DNA of 64,000 bases, from NCBI GenBank assembly GCA_964016885.1, contig OZ024742.1:363444001-363508000 (forward strand). Direction: 5' to 3'. Numbering within the stretch: position 1 is the first letter of the stretch; every line of letters begins with the position of its first letter. Made by a program: the position numbers and the translations under genes. Under the pieces are notes generated by a model. It saw only the letters and a program-made list of their open reading frames with translations. It had not been told where the DNA came from and ran no database searches. Below, piece by piece: positions 62,909-64,000 of the stretch. The DNA is from Eledone cirrhosa (taxonomy: Eukaryota).

Positions 62909-64000
62909 AGCCCTAATTTATTGCTGAATATTTCTGTCAAACAATGGAATCGACCTCTATCGGTTTCGACGGTGAGAGTTCCAGTTCTTCGATCAAGGGA
63001 ACAGCCTACACATGTCATTAATCTTTAAGGGCTCAGTATTTCAAAGACACGTGCAACCGTAACATGATTTCCAGGAAGTGTCAGCGTGAGAAAAATATGT
63101 GACAAGGCTGACAAATTGAGTTCGAGCTAAGCTGTATTTTATGGACTAATAATTTAAGACCATGAGACAGTTAACCATACATGAGTCCGTGAAATATATA
63201 CACATACACAAGGTCCGAAAACAAAACAACCAACTGCCACTGTCACTGTTTCCGTCTCTCCCGCTCTCACCATCTCACTCTATTATGAGCAATTGGGAGA
63301 GGGGGCATGTGCTAGCCGCCCAACGGCCCAGGTCGACAGAAACGAAAAGGCGTTTCCCCGGAAAATGGTGGGGGAAACGCATTGGAAGAGCCGTTCCAGC
63401 TTACGAGGCTCACACCTGGGTGAAGCCAAATCTGTGTCAATGGTGGTGAGCTGGGAGGTAGCCCTACGGCTGAGAACACCAGGTGTCTGCACTGCTGGGG
63501 GCTCCACCGCAAATTTGTCGGAAAGCGATCCAAAGATCTTCCAAACAGTTTCCATCTAGCCAAATTCATTTAAAAGACCTCTGTGGGATCTAGGCTATGT
63601 TAAATTGCTCAACAGAGACACAGCGCAGTGGATTTGAATTTCAGACCTAATAATTGCGGGGCTATTTCATCAACCATTTGGGCTAGCTGCATAAAAACAA
63701 TTTCAAACTATCAATTTAAAATAAATTACTACCAGATATAATGTATATGTCAAATCTGCTGTTTATTACATACAATTAAATTTGAAATAAGGGAAGGAAA
63801 TATAAAATATCAGTTTAAAGTGTCATTCATGGAAAAGACTATGCTAGCAATTATTTTATAATGTTTTATCATTCGATAATATATGAGAGAATTTCTCCCA
63901 AATCAACTTAATTGAATATAAGGACTGGAACACTTTCACTGAATACGAATCAACTTAGTAAGGCAGATTCTATGGAGGAGAGTAAAAGGATTAGAACTGC

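Noticed and set aside
63162-63569. GC-richer short ORFs as a host exon
   Set aside because: No recognisable domain or splice context; left unassigned.

Overview
AT-rich, microsatellite-dense eukaryotic DNA. The repeat repertoire suggests a cephalopod or other mollusc (inference). There is no clear host gene except a possible Thr-rich mucin-like exon at the left edge (1-4640). The rest is mostly repeats and mobile DNA: minisatellites with 16, 35/36, 45, 47 and 61 bp units; tRNA-derived SINEs; four Penelope-like (PLE; RT + GIY-YIG) remnants from at least two families; a 15-kb head-to-tail stack of four R4/Dong-like RLE non-LTR retrotransposons separated by (TAA)n; CR1/L2 and RTE fragments; and a deleted mariner. 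The signal the ORF track misses is RNA structure. I count by eye about 27 type I hammerhead ribozyme (HHR) motifs from about 14 sequence families. They sit in PLE pseudo-LTRs, in fold-back pairs and in non-coding tandem retrozyme-like units predicted to release 317, 467/489 and 486 nt RNAs. Some carry non-canonical but apparently inherited cores (U3-A8 covariation; U4C). All calls are by eye; no folding or database searches were run.
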